A DNA stretch of 64,000 nt. It comes from an uncultured Verrucomicrobiae bacterium. Its GTDB lineage: Bacteria; Verrucomicrobiota; Verrucomicrobiia; Palsa-1439. This document shows positions 33,961 to 44,514 of this stretch, in pieces (position 1 is the first letter of the stretch; each line of letters starts with the position of its first letter). The translations under genes and the position numbers were made by a program. The notes beneath the pieces are model-generated. The model did not search any database, had not been told where the DNA came from, and saw only the letters and a program-made list of their open reading frames with translations. The stretch lies in the NCBI GenBank assembly GCA_963812605.1, contig CAWEWF010000008.1, forward strand, positions 1 to 64,000, read 5' to 3'.

Positions 33961-34712
33961 ATGCAATCGAAACTTTCTGGAAAAGTTGCCGTCGTGACTG
34001 GCGCGTCCAAAGGACTCGGGGCAGAAATTGCCCGCCAACTGGCTGCCGAAGGAGCTTCGGTGGTCGTGAATTACTCCAGCAGCCGATCTGGCGCGGACAA
34101 GGTGGTGTCCGATATCACATCGAAGAGCGGCAAAGCCATTGCCGTGCAGGCCGATGTTTCGAAGGCTCCAGACGTGAAAAGGTTGTTCGCGGAGACGAAG
34201 AAAACCTTCGGCCGATTGGACGTGCTGGTCAACAACGCGGGCATCTACAACTTTGCGCCGCTCGAGCAGATTACGCCCGAGCATTTTCAGAAGCATTTCG
34301 AGCTCAACGTGCTGGGCGTGATTCTCGCGACGCAGGAGGCGGTAAAGCAATTTGGGCCTGACGGCGGAAGCATCGTGAACCTGAGCTCGGTCGTTTCCAC
34401 AGCTTCACTGCCCGGTATGGGTGTCTACGCCGCGTCGAAGGCTGCCGTGGACGCGCTGACGCGGTCGTTCGCGGCCGAGTCGGGCCCAGGAAAATCCGGG
34501 TGAACGCGGTGGCGCCGGGCGCGGTGGCCACGGAAGGCAACGTGGAATTCAGTGACCCGAACAGCGCGTTTGCCAAGGCGTATATCGCCGGCTCGAAGCT
34601 TGGGCGTATCGGGCAGCCAGACGATATCGCTCCCGCCGTCGTTTATTTCGCGTCAAATGATTCAAAATGGGTGACGGGCGAAACGCTCTTTGTCACGGGT
34701 GGGTTTCGATAG
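33961..34712 (+). CDS. SDR family oxidoreductase (FabG-like), frameshift near 34480
   Basis: TGASKGLG, NNAG, YAASK, NAVAPG, WVTGETL.VTGG. Confidence 0.9.
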
Positions 34713-34798
34713 AGCAGAATTTGCGGCAAATATTCGTCCTCAATTATTTGACGGAGGGACGCGCGATTATCCGCAACAAATTGAAAAGGAGACAAGCC

Positions 34799-35161
34799 AT
34801 GCCCAGCATATCGACCTTGCTAACCCGCAATCTTCACGATGTCTTCGGTGAAAACGACCCCGCGCGTCGGCGCGCGGCCATCGACGAGCTTTGGGCCGAA
34901 GATGGCGTGTTCTACGATCCCAACAGCGGCGCCTACCGTGGTCGCGACGAGATCGATCGCATCGCGGGCGTCATCAAGGCTACGCACCCTGACTTTCGAT
35001 ATCAGCCAATTGCCGAGCCCGAGGAATTGGGCAATGCCGGGCGGGTCCCATGGGTATCGGGCCGTCCTGGCGAGGCGCCGGCTTACGCCGGGACGGATTT
35101 CCTCATTGCCCGGGACGGCCTGATTGCCGCCGTTTATTTCTTTTTCGACAAGCTACCCTGA
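34799..35161 (+). CDS. SnoaL/NTF2-like domain protein
   Basis: NLHDVFGENDPARRRAAIDELWAEDGVFYDP..YAGTDF; AAGGAGA RBS. Confidence 0.85.
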   Translation: MPSISTLLTRNLHDVFGENDPARRRAAIDELWAEDGVFYDPNSGAYRGRDEIDRIAGVIKATHPDFRYQPIAEPEELGNAGRVPWVSGRPGEAPAYAGTDFLIARDGLIAAVYFFFDKLP

Positions 35162-35206
35162 GCTGAGGACTTCTGGGGACACTATACAAAAACTCGCTTG
35201 ACTGTC

Positions 35207-35266
35207 TTCGCCCGACTTGCATCCGGCAAGGCCCGTTACCGCATCGTGCTGGACGCGGATTTCTGA
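35207..35266 (+). repeat. Duplicate of the last 60 bp of ahr (33861-33920)
   Basis: ttcgcccgacttgcatccggcaaggcccgttaccg.atcgt.ctggacgcggatttct.a; three differences, two synonymous plus TAA/TGA. Confidence 0.9.
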
Positions 35267-35296
35267 AGTGACAAGACGTTTTCGAGGTAAACAACC

Positions 35297-36025
35297 ATGA
35301 GCGGCCCACGGAAAACAGCCATCGTCACCGGAGCTTCGCAGGGGATCGGCGCGGGAATCGTGAAAGGGTTTGTCGAACGCGGTTTTAATGTCCTTGCCAA
35401 TTCCCGCAAGGTGACCCAGTCCACCGAGATCGCGGCCTCCAACTGCATCGCCCTGGTGGACGGCCACATCGGCGAACCGGCCACTGCCGCGAGGATTATC
35501 GAGACAGCCCTGTCCCGTTTTAAGTCGATCGACGTACTGGTCAATAACGCTGGCATCTTCTTCACCAAGCCGTTCACGGAATACACGGCCGAGGACTTCC
35601 AGTCGCTCGTCTCGACCAACCTCGAAGGCTTCCTGTACGTCACCCAACTCTCCATCAAACAAATGTTGGCGCAGAAAACCGGCGGAAGCATTGTCACGAT
35701 CACGGCGGCCCTGGCCCGCAACCCGATCCGGGGCGTCACGGCGTCGGTCCCAATGATCACCAAAGGCGGTCTGGAAACGATCACCCGGCACCTGGCGATG
35801 GAGTACGCGAAAGACGGCATCCGCGTGAACGCCGTCGCTCCGGGCGTCGTCGATACGCCGCTTCACAAGAACGACCCGAAAGAAGTTCTTCAATCACTAA
35901 ACCCGATGGGTGTCGTTTCGAGCGTTAAAGACATCATGGACGCGGTCATGTACCTGACCGATGCCGCGACGGTCACCGGTGACATCCTGTACGTCGACGG
36001 CGGCGCGCATTTTGGCCGCTGGTAA
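35297..36025 (+). CDS. SDR family oxidoreductase
   Basis: TGASQGIG, NNAG, RVNAVAPG, VTGDILYVDGG; catalytic YxxxK replaced by MITK. Confidence 0.9.
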   Translation: MSGPRKTAIVTGASQGIGAGIVKGFVERGFNVLANSRKVTQSTEIAASNCIALVDGHIGEPATAARIIETALSRFKSIDVLVNNAGIFFTKPFTEYTAEDFQSLVSTNLEGFLYVTQLSIKQMLAQKTGGSIVTITAALARNPIRGVTASVPMITKGGLETITRHLAMEYAKDGIRVNAVAPGVVDTPLHKNDPKEVLQSLNPMGVVSSVKDIMDAVMYLTDAATVTGDILYVDGGAHFGRW

Positions 36026-36042
36026 TTGAAAGGAGATTCATC

Positions 36043-37441
36043 ATGACATTGGAGCTGTGTCACAATCTCGTGATCGGAAGTGGTGTGGCGGGAAAAATCC
36101 TCTCGTGGAATCTGGCGAAGATGGGACAGAAAACGGTTGTGGTCGAACGCTCGATGATCGGGGGGTCTTGTCCGAATGTGGCTTGTCTGCCGAGCAAGAA
36201 TGTCGTTTATAGCGCCAAGGCCGTTTCCCTTGTGGATCCAAAGACCGGCCTGGGAGTCGTGACCGGTCAGACCCGTGTCGATATGGCTGGCGTGGTTCGC
36301 CGCAAACGAAAGATGGTCGATGATCTGATCAAGCTCCACCTCGACGAGTTCAAAGCAAGCGGTGCGGAGCTGGTCATGGGCGAAGCCCGCTTCACCGAAC
36401 CGAAGATCGTGGATGTAACGCTGAACGCCGGCGGGACACGCCGCCTGCGCGGTGAGCGTGTCTTCCTTGATGTTGGCACGCGCGCCACCATACCGGAGGT
36501 GCCCGGACTTGCCGCCGCCGCGCCGCTGACGCATGTCGAAGCGCTCAATCTCGAACGGTTGCCCGAACATCTCGTCATTATTGGCGGTGGCTATGTCGGT
36601 CTGGAGTTTGCTCAGGCGATGCGACGCTTCGGCAGCCGGGTCACGATCGTTCAGCATGGGAAACAACTGCTCGAAAAAGAGGATCCAGACGTGGCGGAGG
36701 CGCTCTTGGAATTGATGAAAGACGAAGGCGTTGAGGTGCTGCTGGAAGCTGAAGTTCTGCGTGTTACGGGCCGGTCCGGTGCCAGTGTCCAACTTCAACT
36801 GCGCGTTGGAGGATCAGACAAAGCTCTCAATGCCTCCGACATTCTGGTCGCGGTAGGCCGAACACCCAACACGGATCGGCTTGATGCGGCCAAGGGAAAC
36901 ATTCGTCTGGATTCACATGGCTACATTCAGGTCAACGAAAGGCTCCACACCTGCGTCGCGGACGTTCTGGGCGATGGGGGAATGCGCCGGCAGCCCGAAA
37001 TTCACGCACGTCGGCGCCGACGATTGCCGTGTTGTCCTGGACAACCTCGCCGGCGGCAATCGCACGACGCGCGACCGGCTCATTCCTTATTGTCTGTTCA
37101 CCGACCCGGAACTGGCCCACGTCGGCATGAATGAATCCGAGGCGAAGGCCAAGCACGTTACTTATCGCCTGGCCACGCTTCCGATGTCACACGTGTTGCG
37201 AACGCGCACACTCTCCCAGACGCGGGGGTTCTGCAAAGCGCTGATCGGTCCCGACGATCGTATTCTGGGTTTCACCGCCTTCGGTGCCGAGGCGAGCGAA
37301 ATGATGGCGGTTGTCCAGACCGCGATCATCGGCGGCATGCCCTACGCCGCCCTCCGGGACGCGATCTTCACCCATCCGACCGCTGCGGAAGGATTGGGGG
37401 GCCTGTTCGCGAGCGTTCCCGTATCGCAACAAAAAGAATAA
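36043..37441 (+). CDS. Class I pyridine nucleotide-disulfide oxidoreductase (RclA/MerA-like family), frameshift near 36965
   Basis: GSGVAG, GGSCPNVACLPSK (CxxxxC), GGGYVGLE, GRTPN, FTDPELA, IFTHPT. Confidence 0.88.
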
Positions 37442-37464
37442 ATCTATAAGAGGAGGATTGGAAT

Positions 37465-38370
37465 ATGCTTGTCTTTGTTACCGGTGCCACAGGTTTCATC
37501 GGCTCTGCCGTCGTTCAGGAACTCATCCACGCGGGCCATCGGGTGCTCGGCCTCGCTCATTCAGATGCGTCTGCCAGGTCGCTTGCCGCTGCTGGTGCGA
37601 AGGTGCATCGGGGTGATCTTGAAGATCTGGAAAGCCTGCGCAAGGGAGCGGCAGCGTCTGATGGCGTGATTCACACTGCTTTTAACCACGACTTCTCGAA
37701 ATTCAAGGCTAACTGCGAAACCGACCGACGTGCCATCGAAGCTCTCGGCTCCGCGCTTGCTGGCTCGAACCGCCCCTTAATCATCACCTCCGCAATCGGG
37801 ATTCTTCCACCAGGCGGTCTCGCCACTGAAGACACGTTGCCTGCTTCCGGCTCCGCCTCTCTCCCTCGGGTCGCTTCGGAAGAGGCAGCCAATTCGGTAG
37901 CGTCGCGGGGAGTGCGCGTTTCGGTGGTGCGTCTGTCGCCATCGGTGCACGGTGACGGCGATCACGCCTTCGTTCCAATTCTTATCGGCATCGCGCGCGA
38001 AAAGGGAGTTTCGGCGTATGTGGGCGACGGGCTCAATCGCTGGCCTGCCGTACACCGGCTCGATGCCGCTCATCTTTTTCGGTTGGTGCTTGAGAAAGGT
38101 TCTGCAAGAACCCGTTATCACGGCGTCGCCGAGGAGGGCGTTGTGTTCCGAGATATTGCTGGAGTCATCGGAAAACGCCTGAACATTTCGGTTGTAAGCA
38201 AGTCACCCGAGGAGGCAGCCAAGCATTTTGGCTGGTTTGCAGCCTTCGCTGCACTCGACCGCCCGGCCTCAAGCAAACTCACTCAGGAACGCCTGGGTTG
38301 GCATCCCGCGCAGCCCTCGCTCCTCTCTGACCTCGAACGAGGGAGCTACTTCAAGGGTAACGGTGCCTGA
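37465..38370 (+). CDS. Atypical SDR / NAD-dependent epimerase family protein
   Basis: [37 protein letters not shown]. Confidence 0.88.
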   Translation: MLVFVTGATGFIGSAVVQELIHAGHRVLGLAHSDASARSLAAAGAKVHRGDLEDLESLRKGAAASDGVIHTAFNHDFSKFKANCETDRRAIEALGSALAGSNRPLIITSAIGILPPGGLATEDTLPASGSASLPRVASEEAANSVASRGVRVSVVRLSPSVHGDGDHAFVPILIGIAREKGVSAYVGDGLNRWPAVHRLDAAHLFRLVLEKGSARTRYHGVAEEGVVFRDIAGVIGKRLNISVVSKSPEEAAKHFGWFAAFAALDRPASSKLTQERLGWHPAQPSLLSDLERGSYFKGNGA

Positions 38371-38402
38371 AGCGAATCTGAAACCCGATAGGAGGCAGAT
38401 CA

Positions 38403-38915
38403 ATGAATCGAAAATTGAAGGAACTGAGGGCAAAGCGCCAAGGCGCTCGACCGGCCAGTCCTGAACAACGGTTGAAAGAACTTGCCATCAAGCTTCCCGC
38501 ACCGCCGGAGCCCTTCGGCGTCTATGCCGAAGCAGTACAGACGGGCAACCTGCTGTTTCTGACCGGGATGCTTCCCACGGAAGGCCGCGCGGCGAAATTC
38601 ATTGGGCGCGTCGGCGCGGAGCTCGATGTGGAAGCGGGGCGCAAGGCGGCTCACCTCGCGGCGCTCAACGTCCTCGCGGTCGCGCGGCAGCATTTGGGAT
38701 CGCTCGATAAAGTGACGCGGATCGTCCGGCTCGGTGTGTCGGTGGCCACTTCGGGAGATGTCCGCGATCAGCCGAAAGTCGCTGATGGCGCTTCCGAGTT
38801 GCTGCAAGCCGTCTTCGGAAAAGACAAGAACCCTTGCCGCCTGGTCTATGGCGTCGCCAGTCTTCCGCTCGGCACCCCGGTCGAGCTGGAAGTCATCTTC
38901 GAGGTGAAACCGTGA
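38403..38915 (+). CDS. RidA/YjgF family protein
   Basis: QRLKELAIKLP, GNLLFLTG, PKVADGASELL, SLPLGTPVELE. Confidence 0.88.
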   Translation: MNRKLKELRAKRQGARPASPEQRLKELAIKLPAPPEPFGVYAEAVQTGNLLFLTGMLPTEGRAAKFIGRVGAELDVEAGRKAAHLAALNVLAVARQHLGSLDKVTRIVRLGVSVATSGDVRDQPKVADGASELLQAVFGKDKNPCRLVYGVASLPLGTPVELEVIFEVKP

Positions 38916-39004
38916 TGATGTCGGCGACATCGAACCGGCCGGATAGGACGAGTGAATAGATGGTTATACAGCATTTCGACGTGATATAATTCGCGCGGGG
39001 GGAT

Positions 39005-39673
39005 ATGACCAAGTCGCTGCAAACTGAGTTGCGTTACCTTTCACCAGCCTGGCTGATATGCGTTCTGTTGCCATTGCCTCTGATCCTATTCTGGCGTTCA
39101 CCGCCGGGACCGTCCTACGCGTTGATGTGCTTCTTTTTGGGATGCGCGACTCTGGCGGCCTATTCATTTCGTCGGGATGTCAGGGCAGAGCGTTCTCCGG
39201 CGGCGGCCGAAAAGTCACAACCCCGGACCTGGCGCGAAAGAATGTTGCCGTTGATTTTGATGCTGTTTGCCGCTTTCGCGGTATTTTCGGCACTCTCTCT
39301 GGCCGTCGATGATCCACACGATTTTGCGGTCCCCATGCTGGCGCTGATGGTACTTATTCCGGTACTCGGCATCGTACCGTATATGGTTCTGGTCACTCGC
39401 AGCCCCATGGCCGGAATCGTATTCTCGATCCTGCTCGTGGGCTCGTTGAAGACACCTATCGGCGCGGCAATCGTCAAAGTATTTTTTCCTTCCCACTTCG
39501 AGCAGGCCCTGGATGTGGATGGCGCACTCATCATGCCGACGCCGTGGGTTCATCCCAACGTGCTTGTCTGGATATTTTACGTCCTGGTCGCTGCCCTTTC
39601 ACTCTTGTTTTGTTTTTTGGGTGCGAGAAAATTTCGCGGAATACACCGGAATTGGAAGTCATCTTGGAAGTGA
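39005..39673 (+). CDS. Hypothetical multi-pass membrane protein
   Basis: About six hydrophobic helices; TATAAT about 15 nt upstream of the ATG suggests its own promoter. Confidence 0.6.
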   Translation: MTKSLQTELRYLSPAWLICVLLPLPLILFWRSPPGPSYALMCFFLGCATLAAYSFRRDVRAERSPAAAEKSQPRTWRERMLPLILMLFAAFAVFSALSLAVDDPHDFAVPMLALMVLIPVLGIVPYMVLVTRSPMAGIVFSILLVGSLKTPIGAAIVKVFFPSHFEQALDVDGALIMPTPWVHPNVLVWIFYVLVAALSLLFCFLGARKFRGIHRNWKSSWK

Positions 39674-39721
39674 AAATGGATTGATTCGCAACCGACATGG
39701 AATATCTCCGAGGAGACAATA

Positions 39722-40664
39722 ATGCCAGCTACCGACAACCTTCGCTATACGAAGATACCCCTCAACAACGGCTCCGGCGCCATCCCCGCGCTCGGCTTTG
39801 GCACACTCATTCCCGATCCCGTCGCAACCAGGGTCGCGACCAGGGCGGCGCTGGAAACAGGATTTCGCCTGCTCGACACTTCGGAACGCTACCGAACCGA
39901 AAAAGAGGTCGGGGAAGCGATGCAGGAAGTGTTCAAGGAAGGGAAGGTTAAGCGGGAGGACGTGGTGGTCGTCCACGAAGCTCTGGAATAACAATCATCG
40001 TCCGGAACGCGTCAAACCCGCTTTCGAGGCAAGTCTCAAGAAACTCCAACTCGAGTTCATCGATCTCTATCTCATCCACACCCCCTTCGCCTTCCAACCC
40101 GGAGACGAGCAAGACCCAAGGGATACAAACGGCACGGTGATCTATGACAAAGCGGTGACGTTGCTCGATACCTGGAGGGCGCTGGAGGCCCTGGTGGACG
40201 AAGGCAGGTGCAAGGCCATCGGATTATCCAACGTCAATCTGGAACAGGCGAAAGGAATCTTTGATGCCGCGAGGATCAAGCCTGCGGTCGTTCACGTCGA
40301 GTCTCATCCGTACCTCCCGGAATGGGACCTTTTGAACTATTGCAAAAAGAATGGCATCGTGCTGCAAGCGTTCGCGGCACTGGGGCATAGTCTGGAGCCC
40401 AGGTTGCTGGAAGATCCGGTCATCACCGCCATCGCCAGGCGAGTCAACAAGACCCCGGCGCAGGTCTTGCTCGCCTGGGCTATCCAGCGCGGGACGGCTC
40501 TCCTGACCACCTCGAAGACTCCCGGCCGCATCCACGAGAACTTTGAAGTCTCGGCCCTTCCTGAAGATGCCGTGAGGGAGATCACCGAAGGAATCAAGTC
40601 GCGGGTCAGGTTTAATGCCGTTGTGGAGACCGGCGTTCCCGGGTTCATTCCGAGAGGCAAGTGA
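39722..40664 (+). CDS. Aldo/keto reductase, frameshift near 39970
   Basis: IPALGFGT, DTSERY, TKLWN, DLYLIHTP, AIGLSN, ESHPY, QVLLAWAIQRG. Confidence 0.9.
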
Positions 40665-40786
40665 TGTTGAGAAAGCAATCGCTTCAACAGGTAAATAGCA
40701 GGTCCTCGCCGTGGATGACCTGGCTTGGTCTGGCCGCCGTGCTCATGCTGTCCCCCAACGTGCTCGCTCAATCAAAGGAGTCTGCC

Positions 40787-41650
40787 ATGGCCCAACCTAC
40801 CTTGTACCGCACAATAAAAGTGGACGGTCTCTCGATCTTCTACCGCGAAGCCGGCCCGAAAGACGCGCCGACACTTCTCCTGCTGCACGGACTTCCCTCT
40901 TCATCGCGGATGTTCGAGCCTCTCTTCGCCCGGCTTTCGGATCGCTATCATCTGATCGCGCCCGATTACCCGGGCTTCGGGCACAGCGACTGGCCGGACC
41001 CGAAAAAATTTGCGTATACATTCGATCACTACGCCGAGATCATGAATCACTTCACTGAAGCGCTCGGGCTTTCGCGCTACACCCTTTACATGCAGGACTA
41101 CGGCGGACCCGTCGGCTTTCGGATGGCGCTTGCTCACCCGGATCGCGCCGAAGCCCTGATCGTGCAAGATGCCGTCGCCCACAACGAAGGCCTCGGCGCG
41201 AACTGGAAGACCCGGCGCGCGTTCTGGGCCGACCGCGCTGCCTACGAGGCCAAGCTGCGGACCAATCTGCTCTCTTTGGACACCACGCGGACGCGGCACG
41301 TCGGCAACGACCCGCACCCCGAAAAGTACGATCCCGATCTTTGGACCGACGAATACGCGTTCCTGAACAAGCCCGGCCAGGCCGACATCCAAAGCGACCT
41401 TTTCTACGACTACCGCACCAACGTGGACGCCTATCCGAAGTGGCAGGCCTGGATGCAAAAGACCCAGCCGCGCCTGCTGGTGCTCTGGGGAAAGTACGAC
41501 CTGTCGTTTGAGTTGACGGAACCCGAGGGGTACCGCCGTGACGTGCCAAAGGCCGAAGTCCACGTCCTCGATGCGGGGCATTTCGCCCTGGATACCGCCG
41601 CCGATGAAATCGCCGATCTCGTTCGCCATTTCCTCGGGTACAGCCGGTAG
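40787..41650 (+). CDS. Alpha/beta hydrolase (epoxide hydrolase-like)
   Basis: FYREAG, LHGLPSSS, APDYPGFG, MQDYGG nucleophile, DAGHFAL; AAGGAG RBS (an upstream signal-peptide-like extension is possible). Confidence 0.88.
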   Translation: MAQPTLYRTIKVDGLSIFYREAGPKDAPTLLLLHGLPSSSRMFEPLFARLSDRYHLIAPDYPGFGHSDWPDPKKFAYTFDHYAEIMNHFTEALGLSRYTLYMQDYGGPVGFRMALAHPDRAEALIVQDAVAHNEGLGANWKTRRAFWADRAAYEAKLRTNLLSLDTTRTRHVGNDPHPEKYDPDLWTDEYAFLNKPGQADIQSDLFYDYRTNVDAYPKWQAWMQKTQPRLLVLWGKYDLSFELTEPEGYRRDVPKAEVHVLDAGHFALDTAADEIADLVRHFLGYSR

Positions 41651-41865
41651 GCATCTTTCCTAGAAGAATTTAGTGTCCGACCCGATGTACAACCGTTGGT
41701 CTTGGTGATAGCAGCTTAAGAGGCGAGAAAGGCGAATGATGACCAACTGCAAGTTGAGTTACGCCACAAAACTGAAGAGCGCGGCCAACGCGGTCGCGCC
41801 AATCAAGAAATCCGTGCAATAACCATTCACTTTCAACCCGAAACGAACGACAAAGGAGGAGTGCC

Positions 41866-42778
41866 ATGCCATACGTTACTATCGATAAGGAAAACTCGGG
41901 CAACATCAATCTCTATTATGAGGACCACGGCTCTGGTCGAGCCGGTTATCTTGATTCACGGATATCCGCTGAGCGGCGCCTCGTGGGAGAAACAGGTGCC
42001 GGTTCTTTTGAGCGCCGGGCACCGGGTCATCACCTATGACCGCAGAGGGTTCGGCAAATCCAGCCAGCCAACATCGGGCTACAACTACGACACCTTCGCC
42101 GAGGATCTGCGCAAGCTCATCACAAAACTTGAATTACGTGAATTCGTGCTGGTCGGTTTCTCCATGGGCGGCGGCGAAGTGGCGCGCTACCTGGGAAAAT
42201 ACGGATCAGAGGACGTGAGCAAAGCGGTGATCCTTTCCGGAGTGCCTCCGTACCTGCTCAAGACGCCCGACAATCCAGAGGGCGTGGACAAAAACGTCTT
42301 CACGGGAATCGAGACCGCCATCAAAGCGGACCGTTACGCGTTCTTCACCGAATTCTTCAAGAATTTCTACAACACCGACGTGTTGCTGGGAAAGCGCGTC
42401 AGCGAGCAAACGGTGCAGGCCAGTTGGAATGTCGCCGCCACCTCCTCCGCCACCGCCACGTTCGAATGCGTGCGCACGTGGTACACTGACTTCCGTAAAG
42501 ATGTGGCGCGCATCGACGTGCCCACGCTGGTCATGCATGGCGATGCCGACCGGATCCTTCCCATCGCCGCCGCGGGACCGCGGACCGCAAAACTTATCGA
42601 GGGAGCCCGTTTGGTGGTGGTCGAGGACGGGCCGCACTGTATCACCTGGACGCACTCGGAAATCGTGAACCGTGAGCTGCTGGCCTTTCTCGGAAACCCA
42701 ACGCAAACGGCCCGTCAAAGTCCGTTGGGAAAAGTCGCGAGTGGTAAGAAGTCCGCGCAGCCGGTGTCGAAACGATAA
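41866..42778 (+). CDS. Non-heme haloperoxidase/perhydrolase (BpoA/Cpo-type alpha/beta hydrolase), frameshift near 41935
   Basis: ENSGNINLYYEDHG, HGYPLSGASWEKQ, DRRGFG, GFSMGG, HGDADRILP, GPH; AAGGAGG RBS. Confidence 0.88.
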
Positions 42779-42784
42779 ACGCTC

Positions 42785-42970
42785 GATGTGCCGACACTCA
42801 TCCTGCAGGGCGACGATGACCAGATCGTGCCAACCGGCGCCGCGGGTCGGATGACCGCGAAGATCGTGAAGGACGACAAGCCGAAGGTGTATCCAGGTTT
42901 TCCGCAAGGGATGCCGACAACCAATGCCGACCAGATCAACGCCGACCTGGTGGCGTTCCTCAAGGCGTAG
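42785..42970 (+). pseudogene. C-terminal remnant of a second chloroperoxidase-type hydrolase
   Basis: DVPTLILQGDDDQIVP..KVYPGFPQGM..QINADLVAFLKA; no N-terminus; catalytic His position reads Gln. Confidence 0.75.
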
Positions 42971-42982
42971 CACGCCCGGCAA

Positions 42983-43195
42983 TCAGGAACGTTTTTTCAG
43001 CAGTGGTAGTTTAGATCTTCGAGATATGATTACAACTCCGCTCGCTCGAACATCTGGCACGTTAGCAGGATAAAAACGATCGTTGAGTTCCTTCGCGGCC
43101 CGGAGTCGTTGCTCAGGCGTCATGGAAATCTGCTGCTGGATGTCCCATTCCTCGGCTTCCTCGAACCCCTTCGCCCTGTGGACAACTCGTTCCAT
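42983..43195 (-). CDS. Small hypothetical protein (antitoxin-like)
   Basis: FEEAEEWD..MTPEQRL..L pattern, recalled from small partners of nucleotidyltransferases. Confidence 0.55.
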   Translation of the reverse strand: MERVVHRAKGFEEAEEWDIQQQISMTPEQRLRAAKELNDRFYPANVPDVRASGVVIISRRSKLPLLKKRS

Positions 43196-43234
43196 TCCAA
43201 TATTATGCCTGAAATCAGAGCGACAAGCAAGTCG

Positions 43235-43531
43235 CTAGGTCGTCCAAAACACTTCCCCGTACTTCACACTCGTACGCGGCTCGGCCATCATCGGGGCGAC
43301 GGTGTCACGCCACTTCGCGTAGTGCGCGGTCTCCTTGTGCTGCGCGGGCGCGTCGGTAGTGCGATACACTTCCACCAACACGAAGCGCGTGGGATCGTCG
43401 GCTTGCTGCGCCACGTCGAAGCGGGCGATGCCGGGTTCCTTCACGCTCTCGCGGGCGTTTTCAATTGTCGCCGCGCGGAAGGCTTCGACGCAATCCGCTT
43501 TTACGTGGACGTGAACATGAACGATCAACAT
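43235..43531 (-). CDS. ABM/LsrG-like putative quinol monooxygenase
   Basis: [49 protein letters not shown]. Confidence 0.88.
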   Translation of the reverse strand: MLIVHVHVHVKADCVEAFRAATIENARESVKEPGIARFDVAQQADDPTRFVLVEVYRTTDAPAQHKETAHYAKWRDTVAPMMAEPRTSVKYGEVFWTT

Positions 43532-43595
43532 ACTGTGTCTCTTCAACCAACCGATGCGTGAGCGTATTATATTGCGAAGTCTTGGGCAAGATGTT

Positions 43596-43656
43596 GGTGG
43601 CACAGGCGTCCCTGCCTGTGTGGGGCTTGCGACAGGCAGGGACGCCTGTCGCCACC
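43596..43656. repeat. REP doublet (GGTGGCACAGGCGTCCCTGCCTGTG family; second copy at 62519-62580)
   Basis: Inverted pair; gttggtggcacaggcgtccctgcctgtgtgg is identical at both loci. Confidence 0.8.
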
Positions 43657-43769
43657 GGGCCCGTTTGGGCCTGCCCAACACTCTAGCCACACCCTTCTGA
43701 GAACGTTCCATTTGACAACCAATTCGCTCTCCTTCATCCTGCGCGCGAAGCGAAAGGCGCAGAACGTTC

Positions 43770-44354
43770 ATGGCTTACACCGAACAACAACTCCGCGACA
43801 TCCTCAAACGCGGCGAGACCGACCAGGTCGAACTGAAGGCCGAGGTCCGCGACGCCGGCTTGCTCTCCCGCATCATCTCCGGCTTCGCCAACGGCAGCGG
43901 CGGCCTGATTGTGATCGGCGCGCAATCCCCCAGCCATATTCCCGGCTGCGACCGCAAACAACTGGCTCCCGTTTATGATGCCGCGCGCAAGCAGTTGAAC
44001 CAAACGCAGGTCGGCTCGCTGGAATTCGCCCCGCTCGACGGCAAAGAGGTCGGCTTGATCAAGGTCGACAAGTCCGACAAGCTCGTCGCTTCCACTTCCG
44101 GCGTGTACGTGCGCAAGGGCAGCGGCACCCTGTCGATGACCGCCGACCAGATCTTCGGCAAGGCCGCCCAGAGCGGGGACACTTCCATCCGCAACCTGTC
44201 CAATCTGATCTACGACCAGATGGTCACGATCGACAAGCTTCGCCGGACGCTGGAAGAAAAGCATTCTTGGAAATCGAAAGCCACGGACTTCGCCATCTCC
44301 GGCATCGTCGGCGCTGTCCTCGGCGTCGCTCTCTCCAAAATACTCTTGAAGTGA
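43770..44354 (+). CDS. AlbA_2 (Schlafen-like) domain protein with a C-terminal TM helix
   Basis: [30 protein letters not shown]; hydrophobic tail [21 protein letters not shown]. Confidence 0.8.
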   Translation: MAYTEQQLRDILKRGETDQVELKAEVRDAGLLSRIISGFANGSGGLIVIGAQSPSHIPGCDRKQLAPVYDAARKQLNQTQVGSLEFAPLDGKEVGLIKVDKSDKLVASTSGVYVRKGSGTLSMTADQIFGKAAQSGDTSIRNLSNLIYDQMVTIDKLRRTLEEKHSWKSKATDFAISGIVGAVLGVALSKILLK

Positions 44355-44370
44355 CACGCCTTTTATCGCA

Positions 44371-44439
44371 TGGAGGGCCACGCTCCGTCGTGGCCGTCTG
44401 GGGTCATTAGTAACGGACGCGACGGAGCGCGTCCCTCCA
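44371..44439. repeat. GGAG-type REP doublet
   Basis: tggagggccacgctccgtcgtggccg ... cggacgcgacggagcgcgtccctcca inverted pair. Confidence 0.7.
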
Positions 44440-44514
44440 ACCGGTAAATTGAGACACCACGGCCTCCGCGAAAAAGTTTCGCGGCTACAAACGTGAGAGG
44501 CTACACTCCCGACC

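Noticed and set aside
36043-37441. merA mercuric reductase
   Set aside because: No NmerA domain, no C-terminal Cys-Cys pair and no mer operon genes
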